A stretch of 24,602 bases of DNA, taken from the IMG/VR virus record IMGVR_UViG_3300022178_000749, positions 1 to 24,602 of that record. One strand, given 5' to 3'. The notes beneath the pieces are model-generated. The model did not search any database. It saw only the letters and a list, made by a program, of their open reading frames with translations, and was not told where the DNA came from. The DNA is from a virus. Lineage: Duplodnaviria > Caudoviricetes. Both the position numbers and the translations under genes were made by a program. This document shows positions 15,801-24,602 of this stretch, piece after piece (the stretch's first letter is position 1; the number at the start of each line of letters is the position of its first letter).

Positions 15801-18800
15801 GCGGGAAAAAATTCAACTCGTTCGTCTAAAGAAAGTGCATTGGATGTTGCGAGACTTCCGAAAAATGGGTTTAATGCTGTTAAATCATTTGGAGCACTAT
15901 TAAACTTGGTTGGGTGAAATGCTTCTATTGCAAATGCATATAGTCCTTCTACACCACTTAAAAAGTCATCTGATGAGTATGTAGTAAACTCTCCCTCTGG
16001 CTTTCCTAAAGAGTAAAATCCACCCGAAACTGCTCCGTAAGAGCCAGTTGCAAATTTAGTAAGTATAGATTCACTAACAAATGTCACCTTACCACTATTA
16101 AAGGTAAACGACCCACTATACTCTATTTCATAATCTTCTTTTTCAGAAAATGTTGAAGTACCTAGTTGAAGGGTAGTTGCGTTAGTTCTTTCAGAAACTG
16201 CAATTCTACTAGAAGTAACGTTTGTAATTGTTATAGTGGCTCTATTGTCTACTTCTGTTGGAATACTTGGGGTACTACCATCACCAAATTCTGATGCGAT
16301 GAATGTAGCAGTTGTTCCTACAATTGGAGTAAATTCTTCTACTAATCTAAGTGCATCGAAATTAGATGATGATATGATGAAAGATGCTATTCTACCCGCT
16401 TCTGCGTAAATAGTACCATTTAAGATTGCATCACCACCTGGTTGTAAATGAAAGTTAGATGAACTAATTTCCAAATTACCATTTGAACCACTAACAAATT
16501 GAGATGCACCACCTAAGAAGAATCTATCTACTGTGATGTTTGCGTTAGAACCACTTACTAATAATTCTTTTGTTGTGTTATCCCAAACAAATTGAGCTTC
16601 AGAAGAACCACTACCTAAATAGAAGTTACCATCTGAATCTAAGTATGATGTAAAATCATCTAATGAACCATTAGAGCCTGAAATACCATCGTGGAATCCA
16701 AATACATTTGAAGTCATTAAAAGACCAGGAGATGCAATCGGGCCAACTCCGGTTAGGTTTTCATTAGCCCAAGTGAAATCTTGATTATCATCTCCTTGTG
16801 CTCCAGTTACACCCTGTCTTGCTTCTGATATTGACATTGTTTTTGCCAAACTAACACTTTCGGATGTTGCGGTTATTACAATAGAACCTGTAAATGGTGT
16901 TGTTGAATTTGTTAAGGTTACAGTATCACCAACCAATGTTGTTGTCATATGTGCTGGTGCAGTTCTACTGATTGTGTAATCATTAGTAACATCCGATGTT
17001 CCTTGAAAAACTATAATATCAGTACTTGCTCCAGTAAACGATATAACTTCATCTGATGAACTTATAGGTAAAGTATGTGAATCGTTTGTTAAGAATGCCG
17101 TAATTGCTGATACACCATCTGCTCCAGCTGCACCATTCTCACCATTAGTACCACCTTCTACTTTGAATATTTTTACAGAATCTTCCAATCCATCTTTTGT
17201 AGCGGTAATCGTAACAGGTAAATTAGATTTGGTAGAATTTAAACCGCCTGTATTTAATGCTCCACTAAATGATATACTACCACTTACAATACCAGTACCA
17301 CTACTAACATCGTTATTATCAAAATCAAAATTAGTAACATTTCCACCTGCGGTTGATATAGTAATATCACTACTACTAATTGTACCACTAAGGTTTTGTT
17401 GTTGGAAACTAAAGATAATTGATGTTGGGTCTGCCGAAGTATCTGCAGTATCATCAAATGCAAATACTTGTGAATCTAAACTACCAATCAATAATTTAGC
17501 AGATGTTCCATCAGCACCAGTTATACCTTGTTTAGATTTAACTAAACTCATTGTTTTTGATAAAGAAACACTAGCAGAGGTTGCAGTTATAATAACCGAA
17601 CCGCTATCATTTGCAAGTGCGCCGATATTCACCGTCTTTGGTGGTGCAAGTGATGAACTTACCCCAGCACCATTAGATGCTGATATTGTATAATTTGATG
17701 TTACATTTGTAACTCCCTCAAATACTTCCATATCAGTAGAACCACCAACAAAAGATACAATAGTACCATCGGTTGCTGCAGCGAATGTATGTGCTTCATT
17801 TGTAAGGAATGTAGTAACACCATCTACACCATCTGCTCCAGCTGCACCACTATCACCTAAAACGGCAATAGCCATAAACGTACTATCCCCATTACTTAAA
17901 TTGGCCCAACCATTTTTATCAATATGTGTGATATCTACCGTTCTCCAAGAACCATTATCTGTTTGGTCAGTTACATAAGCTGATTCGTAATATGATTGAT
18001 TTGCTTCTTGTCTAAATGTAATTATAGATTTGTTAGGAGTATTTGTTGATGATGTTAATTGGTTTAATAATGGTGCTACTCCCAACCCATCTAAATCTGT
18101 TTCACTTATATAAACTTCAGTAGCTGCGGCAGGGTCAGCGGCGTTAAATCTAAATTTACCCGAACCAGGGTCTGCTTCTGTTGTAGATGTAGAATACTCT
18201 ATACTAAAACCAGTAGTTGAAACACCATCAGCACCCGCTGCACCATCAGCGCCACCCTCTACTTTAAATATTGTAGTTGTATCTAATAGTGAATCTTTAG
18301 ATACTTCAATGGTTATTGGTAAATCGGATTTTGTCAATGATTCACCTGAGAATGATAAACTACCACTCAATTGACCAGAACCATTCGTAACTACCCCACC
18401 TAATGTTGGGGTTGTGATTGTACTACCACCATCTTTTGTGATAGTGATATCAGATGTCGTTATAGTACCAGTTAAGTTTTGTTGACTTATTGTAAATACA
18501 ATTGTATCGGGTGTTGCTGTTGTATCTGCTGAGTTATCGAATGCATACACTTGAGAATCAACACCAATAGATAATGCTCTTGCGGTTGATGATTCAGTTA
18601 CTGCGTTGATTGCTTCTTCAACACCAGTCCCATCCGCTAATTGGATTTGACCTCTAACTACTAATGATGTTCCATTCCAAGTAAGTCTATCACCCAATGA
18701 GAAGTTGGATGCTGAATCAATGTAGAATCCAGTGTTTAAGTTAGCCCATGTTCCATTACCATTGTAGAGTTTACCGGCTTCCATATTAATCCCACCGATA

Positions 18801-21694
18801 GAACCTGTATTTGCTTTAATACCACCTTGAAGATATACGTTGTTTGTTGCCAATCCATAACCTGGTGCTGAACTACCAAATACATAATCACTTCCCGCTA
18901 ACCCACTTAAATCACCTAATCTTGCAGCGAGTGCTACATCATATAAACCTGAACCAGTCCGTTCAACGATATCCATAAATGGAGTAGCTTGGTCAGATGG
19001 GTTTGCGTTTAATTTAATATAACCCGTTCCAATTTTACCTGTTGATACTACAACTTGCCCATCTTCGTATGATTGTGATATACTTCCAATATCCCCCACA
19101 TAATCACCCGATGAACCACTACCATACCCTCTAGTTACATATAACCTGCCATAATTTTCATCTTCATTACTTTGGTCACCCTCAAGAGATGATGAGTTAA
19201 CTAATATATATTCTGTCTGAAATCCAGTGTTATCAACTTTTTTAGCTAATAGTATTTCACCATTTACAAATCCTTTTATGTTCTTAACAGACATTGTTGC
19301 TGCAGTTGCTAAGATTGAACCTGTAAGTGTTGATGAGTTAGCAATCCACAATTGACCACCTACTGCATTAACTGATTCTTTTTCGAATGTAGTGGTTCTC
19401 ATCGTACCTCTAATTCTAACATTTTCAAATTCAGCAGTTCCGTTTCCTTCAGATGATATTTTCCATCCTTTTAATCCACTTGCAAAATCTCTTGTTTGTA
19501 AGATACCCTCTGGTCTCATTAAAAGGTTTCCACCTTCAATAGATGCAGTAGTTATATCCCAACCACCAATAGATGCTGATTTGAATGATGCAAATCCATC
19601 TGATGTAATCGATGAACTTGCATTTGTTATATCAGCAGGTGAACCTGCGATTGTGGCTGGTGTAAATATCTGGTCTACTGATAAATCACCCCTAACAACT
19701 AAATTCCCATCATCATATTGAACATATTGTGATGATGCTTTATCACCAAATAAGAAACCATCTGATGCGGTAATCTGTCCACTTGATTTGAGGATTAGAT
19801 TATCGTTTATAGAATTAATTTGAGTACTTGCTACTTCAAATCCAGCTATTGTTCCACCACTAAATAATACATTTGAACCTGTAATTTGACCGCTATCCTT
19901 TAATATTAGATTGTCGTTTGCCGAATTGATTTGGGATGTACTTATTTCAAACCCACCAATTGACGCTGATACGAATTTAGCGAATCCATCTGATGTAATC
20001 GATGCAGATGCGTTCAGTATAGTTGATTGTGAACCACCAATTGTTGCTGGTGTAAATATTTGATTTGCAGATAAGTCTGCGTTTATTACTGTACCTGCTC
20101 CAATTACTAATGAATTGTTTTTTGGGTCTAAGTGAAATAAAGATGAACTGATTTCAATGTTTGAGTCAGAACCACTAATAAATTGAGTATTATTTGTACC
20201 AATAAAGAATTTATCAGTTTTAACATCTAACAATCCACCATCATCTGTTGTAAATATAAAGTGTCTATCATCATTATCACCAATCATTTGCATACCAACA
20301 CCATGTAGTACGTCATCTCCGATTAGCATATTACCAGAACCACTATAGATTATAAACCCACCTGGCCCTTTACCTAATGATGCAGATGTTTGTCCATCAA
20401 ATCCCACAGAACGTATGAACCCAGAGGATACCCCTCCCATTTCAATTCCAGTACCAAGTGCATTGGAAATAAACATCGAACCACTTATAAGGTTTTTATC
20501 ACCCCCTATATATGAGTTACCACCTTGAAATACAAATGGGGCAGTAATCGTCTCAGTTCTTGATATTTCACCGACTGAGTTTAGATATTGTATTTTTAAT
20601 AATTTCGGGTCTTTTAAGTTTTCAGATGGAACTGGTACTTTTACACTAAATGACGCACTATATGGTACTGTAACTTCATTTAATAATTCAAACTCACCTG
20701 GTAATCCATCAGACTTAATTAAAACCTTTACCTTATCAACTACCCCTGCAATTGGGTCTACGTTCGATAATGTTATATTAGCAAAAGACCGTTCATTTTC
20801 AGTTACAACATTAGAACCACTTCTAACATATTGAATACTATAATTTGCAGATGCAATTTTTCCGTATGTGTGTGTTAACTCATCTCTATTATCAAATGAT
20901 GTTGTATATTCATTTAATAATACTGCAGTTGTGTTGTTTATAAGTTTAGATATTGATGAACTGAAAAACGTATCACTAAGTGGGTTATCATATTTAGAAA
21001 CTGGTGTTGCAGGTTCGATGTAGTTGGATAAAACAATTGATGCATCAATCATTTCATTATTGAAGGTAGTCCCATCGGTTAATTGGACTATGGGTGTTTC
21101 ACCTTTATATATGTAACTAGCATCTGTTCCGGTTTGCGATACTGATAACAATTCATTACCACTTTGAGGTTGGTTTCTATATGATTCAATACTTTCTGAA
21201 ATCTGTATTGTTGGTGTCTGCTTAGCTTTAAAAAGTACAGATGATGTATTTTTTCGGATTCTATCAACGTTTACAGTAGTCTGCCATCTAACATTGGGGT
21301 TTCCTTTAAATCTCTGAGGAACGGGTTCCCCATTATTACCTACATTGGATGTACCAACTAATGTTATTGTAGCTTCACCATTTGCAGTATTGTCGTCACC
21401 CTTATCGTGGTAAATCCAAATAGATATTGCTCTACTTTTATCTTCTTCTAAATAATCAGGAATTTCAAAGTATATTGGATTTCCACTTGAATCTCTAACG
21501 TCTACAAGAATCTGAGAACCTTCTACTAAATTAGTAGGATGCGCTGATATTCTTAATAGGTTCTTACCTTTCTGTAAAACTTCAGGTACATCAGACACTC
21601 TAAAGTACTTTGTAGATGTTGGTGATGTGTCATCAACATAAACTGATAATTTTGATAACTCTTCTCTTGCTACTTTTTTAAATGGTAATGACAT
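12869..21694 (-). CDS. Very large tail fibre/receptor-binding-like protein with C-terminal intramolecular chaperone (peptidase S74-type)
   Basis: 2941 aa, Ser/Gly/Thr-rich, with internal duplications and Gly-x-y linkers (GADGAAGADG). C-terminal SDRRLK...LKPVKY...YGLIAQEV...MIKAIQ plus coiled coil from about 13180. GGAG SD. Confidence 0.88.
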   Translation of the reverse strand: MSLPFKKVAREELSKLSVYVDDTSPTSTKYFRVSDVPEVLQKGKNLLRISAHPTNLVEGSQILVDVRDSSGNPIYFEIPDYLEEDKSRAISIWIYHDKGDDNTANGEATITLVGTSNVGNNGEPVPQRFKGNPNVRWQTTVNVDRIRKNTSSVLFKAKQTPTIQISESIESYRNQPQSGNELLSVSQTGTDASYIYKGETPIVQLTDGTTFNNEMIDASIVLSNYIEPATPVSKYDNPLSDTFFSSSISKLINNTTAVLLNEYTTSFDNRDELTHTYGKIASANYSIQYVRSGSNVVTENERSFANITLSNVDPIAGVVDKVKVLIKSDGLPGEFELLNEVTVPYSASFSVKVPVPSENLKDPKLLKIQYLNSVGEISRTETITAPFVFQGGNSYIGGDKNLISGSMFISNALGTGIEMGGVSSGFIRSVGFDGQTSASLGKGPGGFIIYSGSGNMLIGDDVLHGVGMQMIGDNDDRHFIFTTDDGGLLDVKTDKFFIGTNNTQFISGSDSNIEISSSLFHLDPKNNSLVIGAGTVINADLSANQIFTPATIGGSQSTILNASASITSDGFAKFVSASIGGFEISTSQINSANDNLILKDSGQITGSNVLFSGGTIAGFEVASTQINSINDNLILKSSGQITASDGFLFGDKASSQYVQYDDGNLVVRGDLSVDQIFTPATIAGSPADITNASSSITSDGFASFKSASIGGWDITTASIEGGNLLMRPEGILQTRDFASGLKGWKISSEGNGTAEFENVRIRGTMRTTTFEKESVNAVGGQLWIANSSTLTGSILATAATMSVKNIKGFVNGEILLAKKVDNTGFQTEYILVNSSSLEGDQSNEDENYGRLYVTRGYGSGSSGDYVGDIGSISQSYEDGQVVVSTGKIGTGYIKLNANPSDQATPFMDIVERTGSGLYDVALAARLGDLSGLAGSDYVFGSSAPGYGLATNNVYLQGGIKANTGSIGGINMEAGKLYNGNGTWANLNTGFYIDSASNFSLGDRLTWNGTSLVVRGQIQLADGTGVEEAINAVTESSTARALSIGVDSQVYAFDNSADTTATPDTIVFTISQQNLTGTITTSDITITKDGGSTITTPTLGGVVTNGSGQLSGSLSFSGESLTKSDLPITIEVSKDSLLDTTTIFKVEGGADGAAGADGVSTTGFSIEYSTSTTEADPGSGKFRFNAADPAAATEVYISETDLDGLGVAPLLNQLTSSTNTPNKSIITFRQEANQSYYESAYVTDQTDNGSWRTVDITHIDKNGWANLSNGDSTFMAIAVLGDSGAAGADGVDGVTTFLTNEAHTFAAATDGTIVSFVGGSTDMEVFEGVTNVTSNYTISASNGAGVSSSLAPPKTVNIGALANDSGSVIITATSASVSLSKTMSLVKSKQGITGADGTSAKLLIGSLDSQVFAFDDTADTSADPTSIIFSFQQQNLSGTISSSDITISTAGGNVTNFDFDNNDVSSGTGIVSGSISFSGALNTGGLNSTKSNLPVTITATKDGLEDSVKIFKVEGGTNGENGAAGADGVSAITAFLTNDSHTLPISSSDEVISFTGASTDIIVFQGTSDVTNDYTISRTAPAHMTTTLVGDTVTLTNSTTPFTGSIVITATSESVSLAKTMSISEARQGVTGAQGDDNQDFTWANENLTGVGPIASPGLLMTSNVFGFHDGISGSNGSLDDFTSYLDSDGNFYLGSGSSEAQFVWDNTTKELLVSGSNANITVDRFFLGGASQFVSGSNGNLEISSSNFHLQPGGDAILNGTIYAEAGRIASFIISSSNFDALRLVEEFTPIVGTTATFIASEFGDGSTPSIPTEVDNRATITITNVTSSRIAVSERTNATTLQLGTSTFSEKEDYEIEYSGSFTFNSGKVTFVSESILTKFATGSYGAVSGGFYSLGKPEGEFTTYSSDDFLSGVEGLYAFAIEAFHPTKFNSAPNDLTALNPFFGSLATSNALSLDERVEFFPANNSDLEFFIKPDLRMISSLTGSSTSIVVSSSDSKDYISGWHVESGPPEFILQDVWNAGSFVEGFSSLTNSTNPTEDFINAYWEASAGAYDPPTQFIWIYSASVDDQRSGEPLTGNIFYNFFLTASFGAVADQPDSELLPPLATATVYSGQSITPSEYNTISSSFFLFDPGAEGTLGYGSQLEMQNARLAGGGEEAASFVTQSYAPLRGVTSTPVDWQTHVNSGAGPSANLNYGVPGETAVSNYYAAYLEPGWTLHPTVEAIINGIDTNTEAYPNSYPNSWAEIGISGSAHHSTFVPDDNDTTPSHGVPLTLYNNFVREKYTISKEVKLYDAIWPLDIAESGSFQPIGTSFSTEIINALTSSGASTAINITSRLDSTRVQTDLTNAELAELQILYATTAANDEVAGTRRSYSVTHESTKQFSEGRVSTGTQSGSFVEKVTFTISGSGELSSSNFFLDDKGDITGSQVNFSGGTISGSALNISANRFEFKNRNGRIFGNPNNFIISSSLLSLDNNNLEVKGDIRASTGFIQETFLGGKIVETGVRHPSVANLTYQLPFIEAWTTSSTDKRLDITGSDSSDKFAGSHGNWRLGGFIKSQTQYLVTGSTFDGVGYPDEFKSWYGISDLTTDYKFIDDTNVFNVSDASASLSPTLVGTQLVFNSASFTRTGSAVLETITSEFINISESLNNNYRNTHLQFAARGTTHPYTDGFTGFFPQYQVDIISGSTTYFSKKYKDENATHRTWKVFDIPITDILTTGATNNTDTSVAKEFKVKLSMNYSGSSSTGTLGTDVNGIGWALTEMRMVEPVRAISIDTQTLHFKDTYLTWDGKLSTAHKGNFVPISTSSNSALSESIYTLGTADKRWKTAYLKDAVSTLSDRRLKSNIEISDLGLSFIDSLKPVKYNMNDDTTHYGLIAQEVSQSLSEFSVHSFGGYDDDGSYLSLRYSEFISPMIKAIQDQQQIIKTLQNRIEILESGSNN
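16830..18560 (-). repeat. Duplicated ~90-110 aa domains (A-C-B-A'-B') with collagen-like linkers
   Basis: DSQV(Y/F)AFD...QQNL...FKVEGG occurs twice and T(T/A)FLTN(E/D)xH...SLxKTMS twice. Identical 25-mer tacaccatctgctccagctgcacca at 17111-17135 and 17825-17849. Domain boundaries approximate. Confidence 0.85.
19563..20062 (-). repeat. Nested internal repeats in the tail-fibre-like gene
   Basis: QIFTPATIxGS...NASxSITSDGFAxFxSASIGG occurs twice (identical 22-mer at 19593-19614 and 19983-20004), flanking two copies of QINSxNDNLILKxSGQIT. Confidence 0.85.
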
Positions 21695-21716
21695 TCACAC
21701 TCCGTTGTTTTCTTTA

Positions 21717-24602
21717 TTATAAATATCTAATAGATGAAAATCCATCAACTTTGGATATATCTATAATCTGGTCAACCATATCTCTAGTCTTATCTATATG
21801 TGATATCGTTACTATAAAATCAAATTGATTCTTTAGGTAATCAAATAATAAATATAAAGAATTAAAGTTATCACTATCTAACGAACCAAATCCTTCATCA
21901 ATTGCTATAAAGTTTGGTCGTGGTAAGTTTGATACATTTGTTAATGCAGTTCTTATTGCTACTGATGATATAAACTTCTCCATACCACTCGTTAATTCTA
22001 ATGGCCAGAACTCATCATCACCATATGCAATGTATGAGTTTATATTCTTACCATCGGTATTTAATAATATTTGGAAATCTACAAGTGGTTGTAATATGTT
22101 GTTTATCTCCACTTCTAACTTAGGTAGTACTTCTGAAATTAATTCGTATGGAATGCCATCCCTCTTTACAGATTTTAAATAATACTCATACCCTTCATAT
22201 TTACGTTCCATTTCACCCAATCTATTGATAGAGTCATTGACTGTTTTAATTGTATTTTCTGCTATCTTAACATCACCACTAACATCGATAATGGTTTCAG
22301 TTGTATCAAATACTAATTGTTCAATTTCTTTTAGATTGTGTTTGTGCTTATCAATTTCTATTTGTATCTTTGCATTATGCTCTACTGATTCTTTTTGTTC
22401 AATTGATTTTTGAATATCAGATTCTATATTACTAATTTTAGTTTGTAAATTAGTAAGTTCTAAGTTACATGATTTAGTTTGTAGTTCTACCTTTTCTATA
22501 TCAGATGTATAATCATCTATTTTTATTTTTAAATCTTTAACAGTTACTAATACATCCCTAACATCATACTTAATCATTTCAGATTTCATATCAATAATTT
22601 CATTACTCAATCTCTTTGATGTTAATGTTAGCTTTTTGATATCATCTGATAATGTTTTTGATTTTTTAGCGAATGGTGTATTTTGATTCTGTACACAATG
22701 CTCACACTCATCATCGAATGATAACGAACCAATCCCATCTAAATGCTCTTGCTTATGTTCAATATCAGTATTTAAACTATCTAAAGATGATGTTATCTCT
22801 TCTATGCGAGTAACATATGTTTGGTACTTTAAATTACTTTCTTGTAAATTCCTTAAATCATACTTATTAAATTTGGATTGATAGTCATTTAACTTAAATT
22901 GTAAATCAGCTAAATTATCGGCATAATCTTTACATTCGGATGATTTAATATCTAAATTTTCTTCTAATTTTAATTTTAATTTAATAAGATTATCAGTATT
23001 AATAACCGAAGAATCTACTGAGATTAACTCACCTAATAAACTCTCAATTTTAATACTAGCTTTTGTTTTTTGTTCAGAATACGTTTCTGACAATGTTTGT
23101 GTTTCAGATAATAGTTTTTTATTTTCTACTAAACTATCCTCTGCTTCAGATAATTTTTCAGTAAAGTTTTGATTCTTATAATCTTTTAATAAAGCACTTA
23201 ATTCTCTAATCTCATCATTTGCTATTTGATACAATTCTTCAAATACGTTCATATCTAAGAATTGTGCAAGAAGTTCTTTCTTTTCTTTTTGAGATTTCTC
23301 AATGAACCCACCACTATTAGATTGATTAGACATTGCAGTAAGTGTGAAGTCTTCATATGACCCAACATATTGTCTAATTATAGAATTTGTTTCTCTTCTC
23401 TCTTCGCCGTTTAGTGAGTGTTCAACACCATCAACAATACAATAAAAGTTTATATCAACTTTAACAGTACCTCGTTTGGGCGACTTCTTACCAACTCTTT
23501 CAATAAAGTAATCAACACCATTAATCTCAAAATTAAACTTACAATCAAATTTTGATTTAGAGTAGTTAAGAACGTCTAATGCTTTGGAAGTGCGAGAACA
23601 TTTGTCATATATACAAAATGAAAGTGCATCCCATAATGAAGACTTACCACTTGCATTGGATGCAAATATTCCATATGCACCTTTCATCTGAGTGAAGTCT
23701 ATTACATTGTCTGCACCATACGAAAACATATTAGAGAACTCAAATGTCTTTGGTTTCCATATAGTATTTTTCATACCGACTGATGTTCCTAATTTTTGAT
23801 TTATATCGTTATTGATATTTCTAACTACATCTAAATGGTCGTCACTTAAAACAAATCTGTCCGATAAGTAATCTTCTATAAGTTTATTTTGAAACCCAAC
23901 GTCCCTTACGTTCTGTAATATAATATTAGAACCACCACTATAATCTTTTGTGTCAGTAATTACTTTTTGGATTGATACCTCTTGCACCTTTCTACCTACT
24001 CTAATTTTAGATAGTACTTTTTTAAGTTGGGATTGGGTCGTATCCTTCACTCTAACCCTCATACGAGGTTTGTTTGGTATGTTTGGATTGCCAACTACCT
24101 TTCCATCTTCTACATCAACTGTAATGTATCCGTAATCATTGTGAATGGGAACAAACTCAGACTCTTTTGTCTCAACATCCCATACCAATATACCATGCTC
24201 TGGATATTTTGCTTCAGAGTGATTCTGCATAATAGTTGAACCACAATACTTAATTGTACCTTCTGAATTTAGCGATTGATTTGGAACGTGAATATCTCCT
24301 AATAAAACTAAATCATACCCATTAAACGAGTCTACGTTTACATTTTTGTTTTCAATTTCAAACCCATATTCAGTTTTCACCTTATCTACTGGTGCATGAT
24401 ATAGTGCAATTTTATAATCACCACTAACTTCTTCCGATGGGATGATTTCTTTTGATTCACCAAAGACTGATGAATGTGAGAATGATATACCACCCATTGA
24501 CCACACACCATCGTTTTTTAGATAGTGTAAGTTTGTATGTTTTAATGCATTTACAATCGGCGAAAGTGCATCTAATCGAGATGGGTTATTTAAATTTGCA
24601 TC
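21717..24602 (-). CDS. Single-chain Mre11/SbcD (gp47-like) nuclease fused to Rad50/SbcC (gp46-like) ATPase; 5' end outside window
   Basis: Frame is open to the window end (DANLNNPSRLDALSPIV...). Phosphoesterase motifs YHAPV, LGDIH and YCGS, then Walker A ASNASGKSS, Q-loop, Zn hook CEHC within coiled coils, signature TSGMEK, Walker B/D-loop IDEGFGSLD and H-loop ISH. Confidence 0.93.
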   Translation of the reverse strand, partial: DANLNNPSRLDALSPIVNALKHTNLHYLKNDGVWSMGGISFSHSSVFGESKEIIPSEEVSGDYKIALYHAPVDKVKTEYGFEIENKNVNVDSFNGYDLVLLGDIHVPNQSLNSEGTIKYCGSTIMQNHSEAKYPEHGILVWDVETKESEFVPIHNDYGYITVDVEDGKVVGNPNIPNKPRMRVRVKDTTQSQLKKVLSKIRVGRKVQEVSIQKVITDTKDYSGGSNIILQNVRDVGFQNKLIEDYLSDRFVLSDDHLDVVRNINNDINQKLGTSVGMKNTIWKPKTFEFSNMFSYGADNVIDFTQMKGAYGIFASNASGKSSLWDALSFCIYDKCSRTSKALDVLNYSKSKFDCKFNFEINGVDYFIERVGKKSPKRGTVKVDINFYCIVDGVEHSLNGEERRETNSIIRQYVGSYEDFTLTAMSNQSNSGGFIEKSQKEKKELLAQFLDMNVFEELYQIANDEIRELSALLKDYKNQNFTEKLSEAEDSLVENKKLLSETQTLSETYSEQKTKASIKIESLLGELISVDSSVINTDNLIKLKLKLEENLDIKSSECKDYADNLADLQFKLNDYQSKFNKYDLRNLQESNLKYQTYVTRIEEITSSLDSLNTDIEHKQEHLDGIGSLSFDDECEHCVQNQNTPFAKKSKTLSDDIKKLTLTSKRLSNEIIDMKSEMIKYDVRDVLVTVKDLKIKIDDYTSDIEKVELQTKSCNLELTNLQTKISNIESDIQKSIEQKESVEHNAKIQIEIDKHKHNLKEIEQLVFDTTETIIDVSGDVKIAENTIKTVNDSINRLGEMERKYEGYEYYLKSVKRDGIPYELISEVLPKLEVEINNILQPLVDFQILLNTDGKNINSYIAYGDDEFWPLELTSGMEKFISSVAIRTALTNVSNLPRPNFIAIDEGFGSLDSDNFNSLYLLFDYLKNQFDFIVTISHIDKTRDMVDQIIDISKVDGFSSIRYL
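21718..21726 (-). promoter_or_regulatory. Conserved ATATTTATA motif overlapping the last codons of the upstream gene
   Basis: Formed by AGA TAT TTA TAA (R-Y-L-stop), 23 nt upstream of the tail-fibre-like ATG. Confidence 0.55.

Noticed and set aside
21847-21855. Intragenic ATATTTATT copy
   Set aside because: It lies within conserved coding sequence (SLYLLF), far from a start, and is probably chance.
142-24239. All plus-strand ORFs in the track (e.g. 514-960, 2926-3579, 17163-17693)
   Set aside because: They are antisense shadows of well-supported minus-strand genes, with Ser/Leu/Phe-rich composition and no recognisable motifs.
24504-24506. Track start (GTG) for the 929-aa ORF
   Set aside because: The frame stays open to the window end and the N-terminal phosphoesterase motifs are missing, so the true start lies outside the window.
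1-24602. Stop-codon recoding, introns/inteins, CRISPR arrays, tRNAs, DGR template/variable repeats
   Set aside because: Genes are intact under the standard code with TAA, TAG and TGA all used as stops. TerL, portal and protease have ordinary lengths. Gaps are too short for RNA genes or arrays. The repeats are in-frame coding duplications and no reverse transcriptase is present.

Overview
AT-rich, densely coded fragment of a large tailed dsDNA phage with T4-superfamily head genes. All credible genes are on the minus strand in the standard genetic code. In transcription order (right to left): a single-chain Mre11-Rad50 (gp47-gp46/SbcD-SbcC) fusion running off the window end; a 2941-aa repeat-rich tail-fibre-like protein with a C-terminal intramolecular chaperone; a 769-aa protein joining an HxGH nucleotidyltransferase to a KxDG ligase-like domain; small hypothetical and membrane genes; a 542-aa modular protein; terminase large subunit; portal; several probable prohead proteins; and the gp21-type prohead protease. 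The most notable pattern is an apparent capsid-cargo system. Many ORFs begin with a short M-K-x-L/I-K-x-x-L/I-x-E leader, and two ORFs look like polyproteins whose modules are joined by (I/L/V/M)-x-E|A/G linkers resembling T4 gp21 cleavage sites, three of which are also DNA direct repeats. A conserved ATATTTAT(A/T) motif, whose core is the reverse complement of the T4 late promoter, precedes six genes. Family assignments come from motif recognition only; no searches were run.
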